DNA of 64,000 nt from Podarcis liolepis (lineage: Eukaryota). A program made the translations under genes and the position numbers. Each line of letters begins with the position of its first letter. Positions within the stretch are counted from its first letter, which is position 1. The notes under the pieces are model-generated. The model was given only the letters and a program-made list of their open reading frames with translations, was not told where the DNA came from and made no database searches. Positions 50,781-63,900 of this stretch are shown piece by piece. Where the stretch lies: assembly GCA_965112155.1 (NCBI GenBank), contig OZ218099.1. The stretch is one strand, 5' to 3'.

Positions 50781-53700
50781 GTGAGTTGGTCGGGGAGATG
50801 TCGTTGGGAGGGATGGCAGACATTGCTGCCTCCGCCTTTCTCTCTCCTTGGCAGCTGCTGCTGTGCCTTTTCAGGAGCTGTGTGACAGGCAGAAACCCAG
50901 CAAGCGCAGCTTTCATATCGCTGAACCTCTGCTGGCAAAAGCTCTACCTGTTGAACGTCCGCATCTCATTAAGCTATGGAGAATAGTGTCTTATTAGGCA
51001 AGCGAATTGTATGCACCTTCATGCCACTGTACGTAAATATCATGGGATTTGGGGCACCCTGCTTCAGATGCGAGACTGGATGAGTAGAAGCATAGGGGTT
51101 GGGTGCCTTCCTTTTTCAGATTCATATTTTGACAGTCATTTATGCTTTCTTAATCTCAAGGCTAAGTATTTGAAGCTGCTTTTATGTGTGGTTGTCCTTG
51201 ATGACTGAAAGCTTCATTTAGAGCAGAATGCATTTTCAGACAAATTCTGAAGAATGTAATTGTTCTGGTACTTGGACTGAATCCTCACTGCCTTCCAGGC
51301 ATAGCTTTATCTTGTAAACCCCCAAATGGCTTGGATTAACTTAATTTGTAGCTTGCCTACTTCCTTGTGCAACTCTGCCAACAATACCTTCTTGATTATA
51401 TTAGCCTTGCTGTTGTGGAATAACCTTGTACTGGTAGGTTTCCCATTGTGCAATGCCTTTTCTTCATAAAGATTTTTAAAATTGTAGATCAGAACTTAGA
51501 ACACAAGTATTAGAGGCTATTAAATTTTGGCTGGTGCGTGTGTGTGTTGGATTTTGATGTCTAGGGTTAAACCTTTTAAAGTGTGGGCTTTCAATATATT
51601 TTAGATTTACTTTGTGGTGACTCATAATAAACTCATTAATATATTATTTGGCCTGGTTTCTTGTGGGGGGGAGGTAACCTGTCTTGAAAGAGAGGAGTAT
51701 CACAAGTTAAATAGCTGAAGCTGTCATTCTCTGACACTTACTCAGGAGTGAGCTGTTTTGCTAAGCCAATGTGCATATGATTTGGCTGCTTCTGAGTAGC
51801 TACTTGTCTGTGACAAGTAAGCACCTCCATAGAGAAGCAAAGTTGGAAGTCTTTGGATCATAATCTCTTAGGGTGGACAAATCCAAACAGACCTACTAAG
51901 ACTGTGATAGCTGAAGAGCTTATGTTCTATGTTTGTATGTATTTTCTTTTGTGATGTTAATAACTGCACATTGCTTTACTTCCTGAATCTAGCTGCAGCC
52001 TGGCTGTGCAGCTGTCCAAAGTGCGGGAGAGTGTCCTCATCATCTCCACCGATCCTGCTCATAACATATCAGATGCTTTCGACCAGAAATTTTCAAAAGT
52101 CCCCACCAAAGTAAAGGGATATGATAACCTTTTTGCCATGGTGAGTGTTCCTCTGAAGGGACTGGGTAGTATTGAGCAAAAAAATATGGTTCTTACTACA
52201 TATAAGAAAAGATCAGGCAGGGGGTGAAAACATTCTTTTTTCTGATCTTGCTCTTTCACACTGAATAGATTATGATATGTAGCAATAAGGCAAGTAAACC
52301 AACTGAAGTTTTCCTCCAAAATGTCTGTGTCTTGGACTGTGTGGAGATGATGGTGTATTTTGTTTAACTGGTTTCCTTTCGTTGTATTTTAAGAGATGTG
52401 ACTAATGTAGTGGTTTGTAACCTCAAGAATTTATCTGTAACTTAGACTTGCATTCTAAGTATTTTTTTCAATTCATTATATATCATTTCCCATTTTTTTA
52501 AACTTCTCTACATTCCCACCACATATGAAACATAGTACCTTCTTTTTCTTTACATTTCCAACATATATTTGACCCAGTTTTGTACATTTTTGCTATTTGT
52601 ACTGGTGTGATAAACCATCTATACACCATTTTCATGTAATTTTCTTTCAAAAGAGAACAATCTGTAAATTTCAAATTCACTTTCCACAGTTTTTCCCAAT
52701 CCTCAAATTGTATATTATGTCTTGGTGGTGAAAACATTTGAGTGGGATTCACCTAAGAAACCCCATCAGCAGAAGCTTTGCAAAAGGGCTTCTGTTTGTG
52801 CAACAGGGCTTTCCTTCTTCCCCTTGAAACTGGCTGAGGGAAGGGGTCAAACAAACCCCCCAAACAGAACACCAGGGAAGAGGAGGGGGATTGTTCATTC
52901 TGCGATGCTGATGTGCTTGCACAGATAGAAAATTTGTAATAATGTATTGAATGCCACCCATTATTATTTGTGTTGGAGGGCTGTAACAATTTTTAAAAAG
53001 ATTTGCTTTCTTTAGCATCTGTTTCTGCTACTGAGCTTTCTTTCAGAGTAATCACACTTCCCATATGGGCATCATCTCCTCTGTTTTGATAAAGGCATAC
53101 CATAAATTGTCCAATGTTGGACAATGTTGGACATAGTGCTGATTGTATGCCTTTTACTGGATTTACACTTTCTTTTTCCTCCATGTTATCCACAGTGACA
53201 AGCATAAAAATAGCTTCAAATTACAAAGAAATCAGTTATTTGTGGTGTTACTTTTAACTTTGAGTCGACATGATGAACATTAGCTTGAAAGCCTCTTTGA
53301 CTAGACATTGAAAGAATTGTTCTACAAATCTGCGGTTTTAGCTCTGTTCTAAACATGCTTCTTTTAGAATGGCTGAATGACTTTGTTTTTGCTTTATGAA
53401 AAGTGGTGCTGATCCTTCTATTTGTTTCTCAGGAGATTGATCCCAGCCTAGGTGTGGCTGAACTTCCAGATGAGTTCTTTGAGGAGGATAACATGCTGAG
53501 TATGGGCAAGAAGATGATGCAAGAGGCTATGAGTGCCTTTCCTGGCATTGATGAGGCCATGAGCTACGCAGAAGTTATGCGGTAAGAACTGTGGCCTGGA
53601 TCATCAAGCCTTCTAACCTTTTCTAGCCTGTGGGAGGCTTATTTATTTATTTATTTCATAAAATTTATACACCGCTTGATTGTGGGTTAAAAAACAAACA

Positions 53701-53935
53701 AACCTCAAAGCGGTTTTTGGGTTGAGAAGCAGAAGACCAGACTTCAAAGGTATTTTACTGTGTTCACCATTATGAAGTTTGGGTTAGCCAGAGGTATCCC
53801 AATCCTAATGGTTTAGCCATTAGGATAGTCCAGCATAGTAACTGAGTATGCTTTGCACAAGGCCAGAGTTGTTATATTATTTGTGGTTTGTATCCAACTA
53901 AGTAGGCTTCCTGTAATAATAATGGTAGTACTAAT

Positions 53936-54006
<71 letters not shown>

Positions 54007-57000
54007 GCGTATATACACTGCCCGTCTGACTTTGGTTACCCCAGCCACTCTGGGCCGATTCCAACAAATATGAAAGCACAATAAAACATTAAATACTATC
54101 CTATACAGGGCCAGTGTTAGAAACTGAGATACGAAAAATAGGAGCTAAATGGCACCTTAAACATAGGTTATGGGCGCAACAATGGAATGTGTGATACCTT
54201 CGGGTATAGAGCGGTATAGAAATTAAATAAATAATAATAATGCACTTTTTAAATAACAGAAATACAAAGCTGAAAACGAATGAACTGCAGCTAAAGTATT
54301 GTGTTCATTTTTCACATAATCTAGTCCTTCCCCTGCCCACCCCCTAATATTCTTAAGAGGGTCTCTCTCCAGTCTTCAAAGAGTAGCTGGAAGTGGGGAG
54401 GCAGAAAAAGGTCCTCCTTTCCTTCTACTCTGTAGTTTTAATTTGAAATCTTAGGCGTAGTATTGTGCCCAGAGCTCAGAAACTGCTCACCCTAATGAAA
54501 TTCCCTGTCGCAAAATGTGCCTAGAACAATGGGAATTTTGAACACTGTACGGGGCTGACTTCAGTTGTTGTTCAAATAAGTAGGCTCACCTAAGTTAGCC
54601 ATGACCATTAATTTCAATGACTCTAATCATGAGTATGGCTAATGTTGGATTCAACCTTTTGTGATTTATGCATCATTTTTTGCACTGGACAAATTTGTCC
54701 ACCAAAGTTCCATAACATCCGTTGCTGCACGATATGGATTCCACATACAAAGTTTTCGTTCACAGAGCAAAGAAAGCACTAGCATTAAGTGAACCTTAGA
54801 GTGTATATGTTTACTGGGGAAGGTCAGTATAAAGAAAGAGGTGACTATTTCTAACTGCTCCAGCTGATGGTTCTTTCTCTGGCCTGCACAGGTTGGTGAA
54901 AGGGATGAATTTCTCCGTGGTAGTGTTTGACACAGCACCCACTGGGCACACACTACGGTTGCTCAATTTCCCCACCATCGTGGAGCGGGGCCTAGGCCGC
55001 TTGATGCAGATAAAGAACCAGATCAGTCCCTTCATATCACAGGTAAAATGGGAGAGGAGCCAGAAAAATGAGGCGTTCCTGGAAAAAAGACCGTGCCAGA
55101 CATCTTTTTAAAAATTTCCACCATGTGGCACTTTGCAAGCTTTTGCATGGACCCCAGTATTATTCTTGCAACACTCAGGAGCAACAGGAAATAATCGATT
55201 TGATTTGTTGGGTTGCTTACAGGACACAGTAGCACTTATTGCTCTTGGAGTATTGGGCTTTGTCACTCTGAGTTGAGCTGATAAGCAGGTTTTGCTTATC
55301 CCCTCCTCTGTTGCTTGCAGGACATGTAGGGGTGACTTGTTGTCCGTTAATAGAAATCTCTCATTGCAACTCCCTCTCTGTTGTTCACTAGATGTGCAAC
55401 ATGCTTGGCCTGGGAGACATGAATGCTGACCAGCTGGCCTCCAAGCTGGAGGAAACCCTCCCTGTCATCCGCTCAGTCAGTGAGCAGTTCAAGGATCCGG
55501 CAAGTATTCTGCAAAGATGAGGGGTTGGGGGGGTGATGCTTCACCCTTGGCAAAGGTGAATTTGGAATGTATAGTAAGATGAAACATGCTTACGTTTGTG
55601 ACTGCTTCATTAGATTTAACATTAATTAATTAATTAAGTTAGCTATATTTATATACTTGTTTTTTATAATTTTGCAAAACTTTTTAAATTGTCTTCTCAA
55701 ATGTAATATTCATTTCAATAGTTTCAGTCTTCCAGATTATATTAGTTCGTTAGAATGGTCAGGCTAAAGATGACTTCTCTCATAGCATAATATTCTATCA
55801 AGTAATGAAAAAGAACACTGAAATGTAGCTGGTTAATGTTTGGAAGTAGCCAGAGATCAATTTCTGCTTAGTTCATTCCATGAAACAGCAACAAGGTCAG
55901 GTCAGGTCAAAATCAATGTTGTTTAAATCTAGACAGGGGCCATGTTTGCATGTAATGATAAGCCAGACTTTCTTCCATTCTGTGCACATGGTAAACAGAA
56001 TGAAGACTTTGCTTCCTTCTTACATCTGAACCAGGAATCATGGTTTGTTGCTCTCTAATAAGTCATGATCAGCAAGTCAGCAACAAACCATGTTCCCTGA
56101 TAGGGTGACTTCAGTTTCTCTCGCACAGGCTGGGCATATTTGTGTTCCAGTCATGACAAGAAGGAAACAAACAAACAGAATTCACCCATTACTACAGAAT
56201 CTCATCCTTTGTATTTATAGAATCATAGAATTGTAGAGCTGGAAGGGATCTCGAGTCATCCAGTCCAACGTCCTGCAATGCAGGAATTTCTGCTAAAGCA
56301 TCCATGACAGATGACTGTCCAGCCTCTGTTTTAAAACCTCCAGTGAAAGAGAGTCCACCACCTTCCAATGGAAAGCTCTTCCTGATGTTTAGTCGGAATC
56401 TCCTTTCTTGTAACTTGAATCCATTGCTCCATCTTCCATGTGACAGCCCTTTACATATTTGAAGATGTAAATGATATTATGATATATGGCAGCATGTCTC
56501 CGGTGCTAAATTAATCTAGGGGCCTCTGTGTTGCCACCCACAACTATTCTGTGGGAGAGTTTGCTCCTTTGGCGATTTCCGGCTTTTTGGACTCTATGCC
56601 CTCTTTAATGTGCAGAGCATGACCACTTCCAGTATACCCTTTCCTGTCCTCCTTATAGAATTTGAATTCTAAGATAACCACATCTCACTGGTTGTCTCCA
56701 TTCAACCAGGTTTCCATTATGCCAACAACACATATGCTCTCTCTTTACGATCGAGCACTCAAGCTCACAAATCTTGGCTCTTCCTACAAGGAGCTTATAA
56801 TACAATTTTGACAGTAGGGGGAGTCCGTGCATGACTGCAAGCAAATGTAGTAAACTTAAGTTTTATTTGTAGAGCAGGGTTATCGCTTGGTAATCCTTAT
56901 TTACTGTCATTGTCTATTTGGCGTGTAGTTTGCTTGCCTCCAAAGTTCAGATGTCACAATAACCTAGGTTCTGGCTTATTTTGCAGCAGGAGCAGGGAAG

Positions 57001-60000
57001 GTGTAGAGCAATAAACATGCATATTTTGATTAAACCATAGTTTGTTCTAATGTAATCTAATGTTTAATCTAACCCCATATTTGCTGGACCTACAAATCGC
57101 AAAATATAGGCGGGCGTTTACCCTTACCAGATTTGATGTATTGCCATCTGCCTTACTAAAGGGCAGATACGAGGGCACACCCTATGCTGAACGAGTTTGC
57201 CCATGTGGTCTGAAGGAGGTGGAAACGGCTTCACATGTGCTGTTACACTGCGACCTTTACGGGGATATCAGGTTACTGTTTATCTCCCCTATCGTTCAGA
57301 AATTTCCAGGTCGATCTGAATCTCAGCGGCTGAAAATCCTACTAGGAGACAAAAACCCAGAAGTAACACTGAAAGTGGCCAAGTTTTCTGCGGCCGCGAT
57401 CAAGCGGAGGGCATTAGCTGTAAAAAAGTAAAAGATCTGACCCCTGGATAAGCCCCCCCCTTTTTTTAAGCCCATACATATACTGTAGTGCATATATGAG
57501 TATGTATATGTGTGTGTGTGTGTGTGTGTATATGTGTACTGTTTTTATGTAAAATTTACAACTTTTAATTGACACCATCATTCCCTTGTAAATTATTGCT
57601 GCCTTTTATGTTTTTTTCTTCTCTTCTGGTCTATGACCGTAATAAATTTATTCATTCATTCATTCTAATGTAATGTTCAAACCAGGCCAGGGCATCCAGA
57701 TACTTTTCCTGATCTTTCCAACTGTAGCAGCAATCAATTTGAAAATAGAATCTTCCAGTTAGAGTGAAGTTGCTATGTGCCAAAAAGAATGAGACCTGAA
57801 ATGGGGATTTTCTGACCCAACTTGGATTGGGGCTGGATCAGGAAGACCACCTGAGGGGGGAGGAGCATGTCACATACACAGTCCTCCATAGCACTGACAA
57901 GTCTACATTTTGCAAGTGTTTTCCATTCATGGCAGCTCCTCTGCTAATGTACAGTTACACTGACAGGAAACAGCTGGTACTGGCTAGAGTGATTTTTGGA
58001 ATTGGTGGGGGTGAGGAGTTCAACTTTGGTATAGTCGTATCTTGGAGGTCGAATGCCTTGCAAGATGAACGTTTTGGCTCCCGAACTCTGCAAACCCAGA
58101 AGTGATTGTTTCAGTTTGCGAACGTTCTTTGGAACCCAAACATCCGTCACGGCTTCTGATTGGCTACAGGAGCTTCCTGCAGCTAATCAGAAGCTGTACC
58201 TTGATTCCAGAACATTTTGAAAGTCAAACATACTTCCAGAACAGATTCCGTTTGACTTCCAAGGTACGACTGTATTAGCATATTAGTTTATTCTTTATTA
58301 AGCCCACAGTCTGCTTCATTCAGATCCTTGGAGACCAACTAATATGTCTAAGCCAGTCAGTCACTCTGGTGGTTTTGTTTTTTTGCAGGGTTTGTGCTTT
58401 ATTTTCTGGCTTTGGGTTGCTGAGTATTGGCTGTAGTTTCAGAGGGAAACCTAAAGAGATAGAAACATAAATCTTAAACAGTTGTTCAACTTGTGAATCT
58501 CAGCTAGTGGAAGCTATTGCATACTATTACTACACTGGTTCTTGTGCATTCTTATGTGACCAATGTGCTCCACGGCTGCTATAACAGCTGATATGGTAAA
58601 GGAGCAGGAATGAAGGGATTGCAGGCCTCCTGGCTCTCTTTTTGCCCCAAAGGCATAGAAGAACATTGTGTTTCTCTTGCAAAATGTTGCAAATCTCATT
58701 GTGTTGTAAAATGCTCTAGTTATACCCCTGTGAACATTACACTTTCTTACTAGACTCTTGCTCAGAGTAATTTTTTAAAAAAGTAAACTTTATAACATTT
58801 AACAAAGGAAGTGAAGTAAAAATCGGGACAAAATGAGAAGCAGGGGTCCCACCAGCTCACATTTTTTCTACCTTAGAGGAATAATAATAATAAAGCTTTG
58901 TCTCCCAACTGTTAGCTGAACAAACTTTCACCACTGGCCATATGGGCAAGTAGGGAGTTGTCGACAACAAATGAGTTATTTGATGCAGGAATGCTGCATT
59001 GGATCTTCATGTTTTGACTGAAGGATAGAATAGGCCAGCAGGCATCTCTAGTTATAGAAGTGTTCCTTAACTTTTAAAAACTTTATTTGCAAATCCAGGT
59101 GTGACTATAATTGTCAGGACTTTTGCCTGCCACCCACCCTGTTCCTAATTGCTTGGAATATATCTTGTAAAGATGGGCCAGGGTTTTGAAGGAAACGGGA
59201 TGTGACATGACTTTAGGGAGCTATTTGTAGGGCACGGAGGTGGGCATGTCAGCCTTGTCCTTTGTATTGTTTGCATGTTAGAGTAGTTAAAGGCTGGGTG
59301 TTCTGCATTTAATTGTCCATTTTGCTGTTAATTATGCAAGTGTGGGTGTTCCTTGGGCAAAGCATTGCGACCATGTCTAGCAGCAATCGGTGGGCAGAGA
59401 CAAATAATTTAACCCTGCAGCTAGCCACTTCGCTGGTCACCTCAAGTCAGCAATTGCCTTAAATAGCCAGGTGAATTTCCAGTCTTCTACTGGAGACTGG
59501 GGGCAGGATTCAGCTAATAAGTCGCACAAGTGGAAGCCCTAACAAATATTTGCCCTAATTCAACAGGGCTCCCCCCCCCTGCTTTGCAGCCCCAGAATTG
59601 CACATGGGGTGGAGAGAGAGGGGATTGTTCTGTCTGGCAGGCTGAAATGCTTGAGCTGGCAAAACATTTGCCATAGAGCTGTGTTGAATTCCTCCCTGTG
59701 TGCTATGGGTTGCTCCTGCCTTTAAGCTAAAACTCTTAAGGCTGGAAGAAGAGGCAGCCTCACAAACATATTCTATGTCAGACTTCTGTTTCAGTGTATC
59801 TGAAGAAGTGTGCATGCACACGAAAGCTCATACCAAGAACTAACTTAGTTGGTCTTTAAGGTGCTACTGGAAGGAATTTTTTTATTTTGACTATGGCAGA
59901 CCAACACGGCTACCTATCTGTAACTGAAACATATTCTAGTCACTCTTCGTTCCTTTCTGTCCTTCTAGCAGGTGGAGGAACTGAAAGAATATGGGGGCTA

Positions 60001-62900
60001 GCAGCCTCTTTGGGTGCTTTCCCCCTTTCTCTGGCTCCTGGTGGAACTGCACTGGCTCCCAGTGGAGTGCAGAATCAGGTTTAAGGTGCTGGTTTTAACC
60101 CTTAAAGCCCTATACAGCCTAGGACCCTCGTACCTACGGGACCATCTCTCCTGGTATGTCCCACAGAGGACCTTACGATCTGTAAATAGCAACACCCTGA
60201 AGATTCCGTCCCCAGGGAGATTAGACTGGTCTCTACCAGAGCCAGGGCCTTTTTGGCTGTGGCCCCGGCCTGGTGGGACGCTCTCACAAGAGACCAGGTT
60301 CCTGCGAGATTTGACATCCTTCCACAGGGCCTGCAAGATGGAGCTGTTCCACCAGGCCTTTGGTCAGAGTTCAGTCTGACTCATTTTCTCCTTGTATAAG
60401 AACAAGCACGAAGGAGGTTTCCCAGCCCACTCACAGGTCCTTATAATATCAGTGGAAACAGTTGGTCCTGGCGAGTATTAACCACTTTCAATTTTAACCT
60501 GAGGATTGTCATTTGTCCAGTTTTAATTTTAATTTATTTGAATTAATTTTGGGATGCATTTTAATCAATTGATTGTTTTTATGCATATTGTATTATTTAT
60601 ATGATGTTAGCCGCTCTGAGCCCGGCTCCGGCTGGGGAGGGCAGGGTACAAATAAAAATTTATTATTATTATTATTATTACTATTATTTATTATTATTTT
60701 TTATTATATGAGCTAAGAAACAAGGCAGGGTGCATAAGTGCTGTGTCTCCTTTTTCTGTCCCTATCCTAGATGAGCAAGGAAGTTACCAGCTGCCCAAGT
60801 GCCCTACAGTAGACACTGCAGCCATTCTTCTCAACCATGCTGGTGAAAGGATAGTTCCAGATTCTGTAGACATGATCTGTGTGCCTTCTGAACTTAACTG
60901 GAAAAGATGGGATTGCAATGGCTGATCCCCTTTACCCAGAGATAGATGTGACATATGGTGTGGACTATGTGAACAGGTGTTCAGGTGGCAGCTAACCTGA
61001 GGACAAGTGGCCATATTGCTTCCTGAGGGGCAACAGCTTTTGTTGCTTCGCCCTCTGGCCTTATTCCTCTAAAAAAATATCATGGTGGTGGAAGGAATGT
61101 AGAAGCTGAGAATTTAAGGTGGAAACAGGGACTGTGGGGGAGACAGCAGCACACAGGTAACTCCCAGGGATGGGAGACCAGCTCCTACAATTTTATTTGC
61201 ATTTTTTAACTAATGGCACTTTATCCCCTCCCCAGGAACAAACAACATTCATCTGTGTTTGTATTGCCGAGTTCCTGTCCCTGTATGAAACAGAGCGGCT
61301 CATCCAGGAGTTGGCCAAGTGCAAGATCGACACCCACAATATCATAGTCAATCAGTTAGTCTTCCCTGACCCAGAGAAGCCCTGCAAGATGTGTGAGGCC
61401 CGGCACAAAATCCAGTCCAAATACCTTGACCAGGTATGGCTAGAGACTGTTCAGATTTTTCAGTGTCCGTTGTGGAGAAGTGGCAGCAGTCAGGCACCAA
61501 TCTAAGCCTATGGATCTGCTTTATATTGATTTAGCCCCCTGGTCCATCTTGTCTGGTCCTAATATTGTCTACATGGACTGTTAAGGTCTCTGGGAGGGGT
61601 CTTTTCTCATGACCTGCTACCTGATCCTTTTAATTGAAGGTGCTGGAGATTGAACCTGAGAGATACGGCATATATGAAGCATATGCTCTGCCACTGAGCT
61701 ACGGCCCTGCCCCATGTACTCTGAGTTGCATACCTAACTTTATAACCCCCAGCCCTTTGGTCAATAATTATTTTAAACTTCTGAATGGTTGAAGGTTGCT
61801 ATTCTACTTTTACCTTCAGCTTCAGAATTCCTGTCTCCCAGCATTCCCCTTACCATTGCCACGGCAAGTGTTTAGCTTTTCTAGAGGGGTGCAAATATCC
61901 AGGTGAACAGTAGCCACTGGCAGTTTAAGAAATGGGTCCGGCAACTGGGTTGCTGAAGAAGGCAGGAAGCGGGTCTCCTCCATATGTGCTGCTCTTTGTG
62001 GAATCTGGCCTTCAGGTGGAAATGTGGAATTTTTCTCTTCTATAACTTTTATCTCTGTTCAGTCCAACCTCACTATTATTATTCTTTGAAAGGGAATGTT
62101 TTAATAGTAGTTTTGAGTAGTTTTTGTAAGGGGAAAATATGCAGACCTTCCCCAATGCCTCCACAGACAGGCTTCACTTTTCTCTGCCATTTTGTTGCTT
62201 CTGCTTCTTCTGTATTCCATTTTGCTTTTTCTACACTCTCCTTTTCTTTCCCTTTGAATGATCTTTGCAGCCTTTGTATCCATCCACCTCTTTCTAATCA
62301 TGGTATCCTTTTTCTGTGACTTCCACCCTTGCCATCTCTTCATTCATTACTCAGCCTGAAAAGCTGTGGGGATGTTTTACACATTTTTCTTGGGCCAAAA
62401 CCTCCATTTCCCACTCCAGTTGTCCCATTGCCTCTTCAGTACTCTGTACTCTGACTTTCTTTCTGCCACTTGTGCCTTTTCCATGTGTCCTTCCTTTCTT
62501 CACTCAGTAAACCAAGGGATGGTTAATTTGTACCAGGTCTTCCAAGGGCCCAGCTGTAAAGCTGTTCAAAATTAGTTTAAGATTGCCATTAGACTGCAAG
62601 AGGATTACTTTTCATACTGCTGTTGCGAAGAGGGTCCTCCAAAGTCAACAGAGCACACTTTCCAACCAAGCAGGGAACTGCTGCTGAGATTCTTCCATCT
62701 TGATTCCCAATGAGAAGTTTGTAATTGTTAGATGCTCCTTTTGATTTGTCTTTCTTTTCCTCCTCCAGATGGAAGACCTCTATGAAGACTTTCACATTGT
62801 AAAGCTGCCACTCTTGCCCCATGAAGTGCGAGGGGCTGATAAAGTCAACACCTTTTCAAGTCTGCTACTGGAGCCCTACAAGCCACCCAGTGCAAAATGA
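50620..62900 (+). CDS. GET3: ATPase GET3 (ASNA1/TRC40), tail-anchored protein targeting factor, 7 exons, 348 aa
   Basis: Exons 50620-50780, 51993-52140, 53433-53581, 54892-55042, 55392-55499, 61236-61433 and 62769-62900 (1047 nt). Walker [22 protein letters not shown] and CKMC motifs present. Confidence 0.97.
51993..52140 (+). CDS. GET3: GET3 exon 2
   Basis: tctag / gtgagt, 148 nt. Confidence 0.95.
52465..52721 (-). mobile_element. L1 LINE ORF2 C-terminal fragment
   Basis: YRWFITP...[18 protein letters not shown] cysteine-rich motif. Confidence 0.85.
53433..53581 (+). CDS. GET3: GET3 exon 3
   Basis: ctcag / gtaaga, 149 nt. Confidence 0.95.
53939..54006. repeat. Compound (GT)n(AT)n(AC)n microsatellite
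   Basis: Direct reading. Confidence 0.9.
54112..54547. mobile_element. hAT-type MITE with a small internal insertion
   Basis: TIRs CAGTGTT/AACACTG; 8-bp TSD tacagggc/tacggggc. Confidence 0.85.
54892..55042 (+). CDS. GET3: GET3 exon 4
   Basis: cacag / gtaaaa, 151 nt. Confidence 0.95.
55392..55499 (+). CDS. GET3: GET3 exon 5 (GC donor)
   Basis: actag acceptor; MCNMLGLG...QFKDP; donor CCG|gcaagt. Confidence 0.93.
56218..56465 (-). mobile_element. CR1 LINE 3' end
   Basis: tagaatcatagaat repeat tail and CR1-like 3' body. Confidence 0.75.
57057..57662 (+). mobile_element. 5'-truncated non-LTR retrotransposon (RTE-X-like ORF2 C-terminus)
   Basis: Open ORF 57060-57431 with CPCG..ET..H...C motif; AATAAA plus (attc)n tail; 12-bp TSD ttctaatgtaat. 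Confidence 0.8.
58032..58272. mobile_element. Tc1/mariner(pogo)-type MITE
   Basis: TIRs (T)AGTCGTATCTTGG / CCAAGGTACGACTG; TA flanks. Confidence 0.8.
59776..59926 (+). mobile_element. Penelope-like terminal fragment carrying a hammerhead ribozyme
   Basis: 12-bp TSD aaacatattcta (59764-59775 and 59927-59938); near-identical to the 34530 copy over the shared part. Confidence 0.8.
59796..59833 (+). ncRNA. Minimal type I hammerhead ribozyme
   Basis: gtat-CTGAAGA-a-gtgtg(catg)cacac-GAAA-gc-TC-atac: helix I, core boxes, helix II and palindromic AGCT in place of helix III. Confidence 0.8.
60005..60705 (+). mobile_element. L2-clade LINE 3' end
   Basis: [30 protein letters not shown] motif; (att)n tail. 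Confidence 0.85.
61236..61433 (+). CDS. GET3: GET3 exon 6
   Basis: cccag / gtatgg, 198 nt. Confidence 0.95.
61505..61712 (-). mobile_element. tRNA-derived SINE (Squam3-like), degraded
   Basis: Head GGGCCGTAGCTCAGTGGCAGAGCA on minus; related to the 63661 copy. Confidence 0.7.
62769..62900 (+). CDS. GET3: GET3 exon 7
   Basis: tccag acceptor; MEDLYEDF...PPSAK* (TGA). Confidence 0.95.
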   Translation: MEDLYEDFHIVKLPLLPHEVRGADKVNTFSSLLLEPYKPPSAK

Positions 62901-63311
62901 AACCCCTATGGACTGGCTCCCACTGATATCCCCTCTGTATCATTCCGTGCTTGCCCTTTCCCACTCCTTATCTGCTGGAACTCCTCCCCTTCCAGCAGCC
63001 TCTCTTCTATAGAAATTGTGTGGTTGAGAGGCTTGTGGTGGGGTTGGAAGAGGCAAAATTTGTTTCTGCCCTAATCCTGTTACTTAACATCTTCCAACAT
63101 CCCAAAGTGATCTACACCTTACGTCCCTTCTCCTCACTTAACCAGCTAGCTAATTTAAACTTGAGTCACTTTTTGTTTCTCTTCCACACTGACTTCTCCT
63201 TGGATCATGTCTCCAGCCATTCTGGCTGGAGTCCTAAGTCAGGTGCTATGATGACACAGAGACTGACATTCTTGCAGCAACAAGGCCATCCGTGCTAATG
63301 GGAAGTATGTA

Positions 63312-63317
63312 AATAAA
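63312..63317 (+). terminator. Probable polyadenylation signal of GET3
   Basis: AATAAA about 410 nt after the stop, followed by a GU/U-rich tract. Confidence 0.65.
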
Positions 63318-63660
63318 CTGTAAGGGAAAGTAGTTTGCTGTTTTTCGTCTATCAGGCTGCCACTTTAATTTATGCTGGGGAATTTTCAGCAGGGGACAGT
63401 TTCAAGTTCTGCAAGGGAGACTCAGAAGCATCTTGAAAATCTGCTTAAGGTTGTGAAATGGGTCCAGGATGAAGATACTGTCTCACAAACAGGGATTGGA
63501 ATAGAGATGTGGCGGTTGAAAAATATGCCCCTCTATGCTTTCTGAGCATATATATACATTCTAGTCCCCTGGAGTGTCAGTACTATCATAGCATATATGG
63601 TCCAAAGTGTGTGTATGTGTGTATATAGAGCAGTCTATGGCAGAGACAAAATTCTCCTAA

Positions 63661-63852
63661 GGGAAGGGCTGTGACTCAATAGTAGAGCATCATTTTTGCA
63701 TGGAGAAAGTACTAGGTTCGTTCCCCAGTATCCCCAGGTTGGGTTGGAAGATCTCTCTGAAATCCTAGAGAGCCACTGTCGGTCAGTGTAGACAGTCCTG
63801 AGCTAGATGGGCCGAATAGTCTGATTCAGTATAAGGCAGCTTCCTGTGTTCC
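63661..63852 (+). mobile_element. tRNA-derived SINE (Squam3-like)
   Basis: A/B-box-like head; 3' end cagtataaggcagcttcctgtgttcc. Confidence 0.75.
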
Positions 63853-63900
63853 CAACTGCTGCTCATTGAACTGTTGTTGGGTTTTCTTTTTTCAAAAGTA

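Noticed and set aside
63661-63730. tRNA-like sequences here and at 34111, 42400 and 61700
   Set aside because: SINE heads with SINE bodies attached; no cloverleaf tRNA gene
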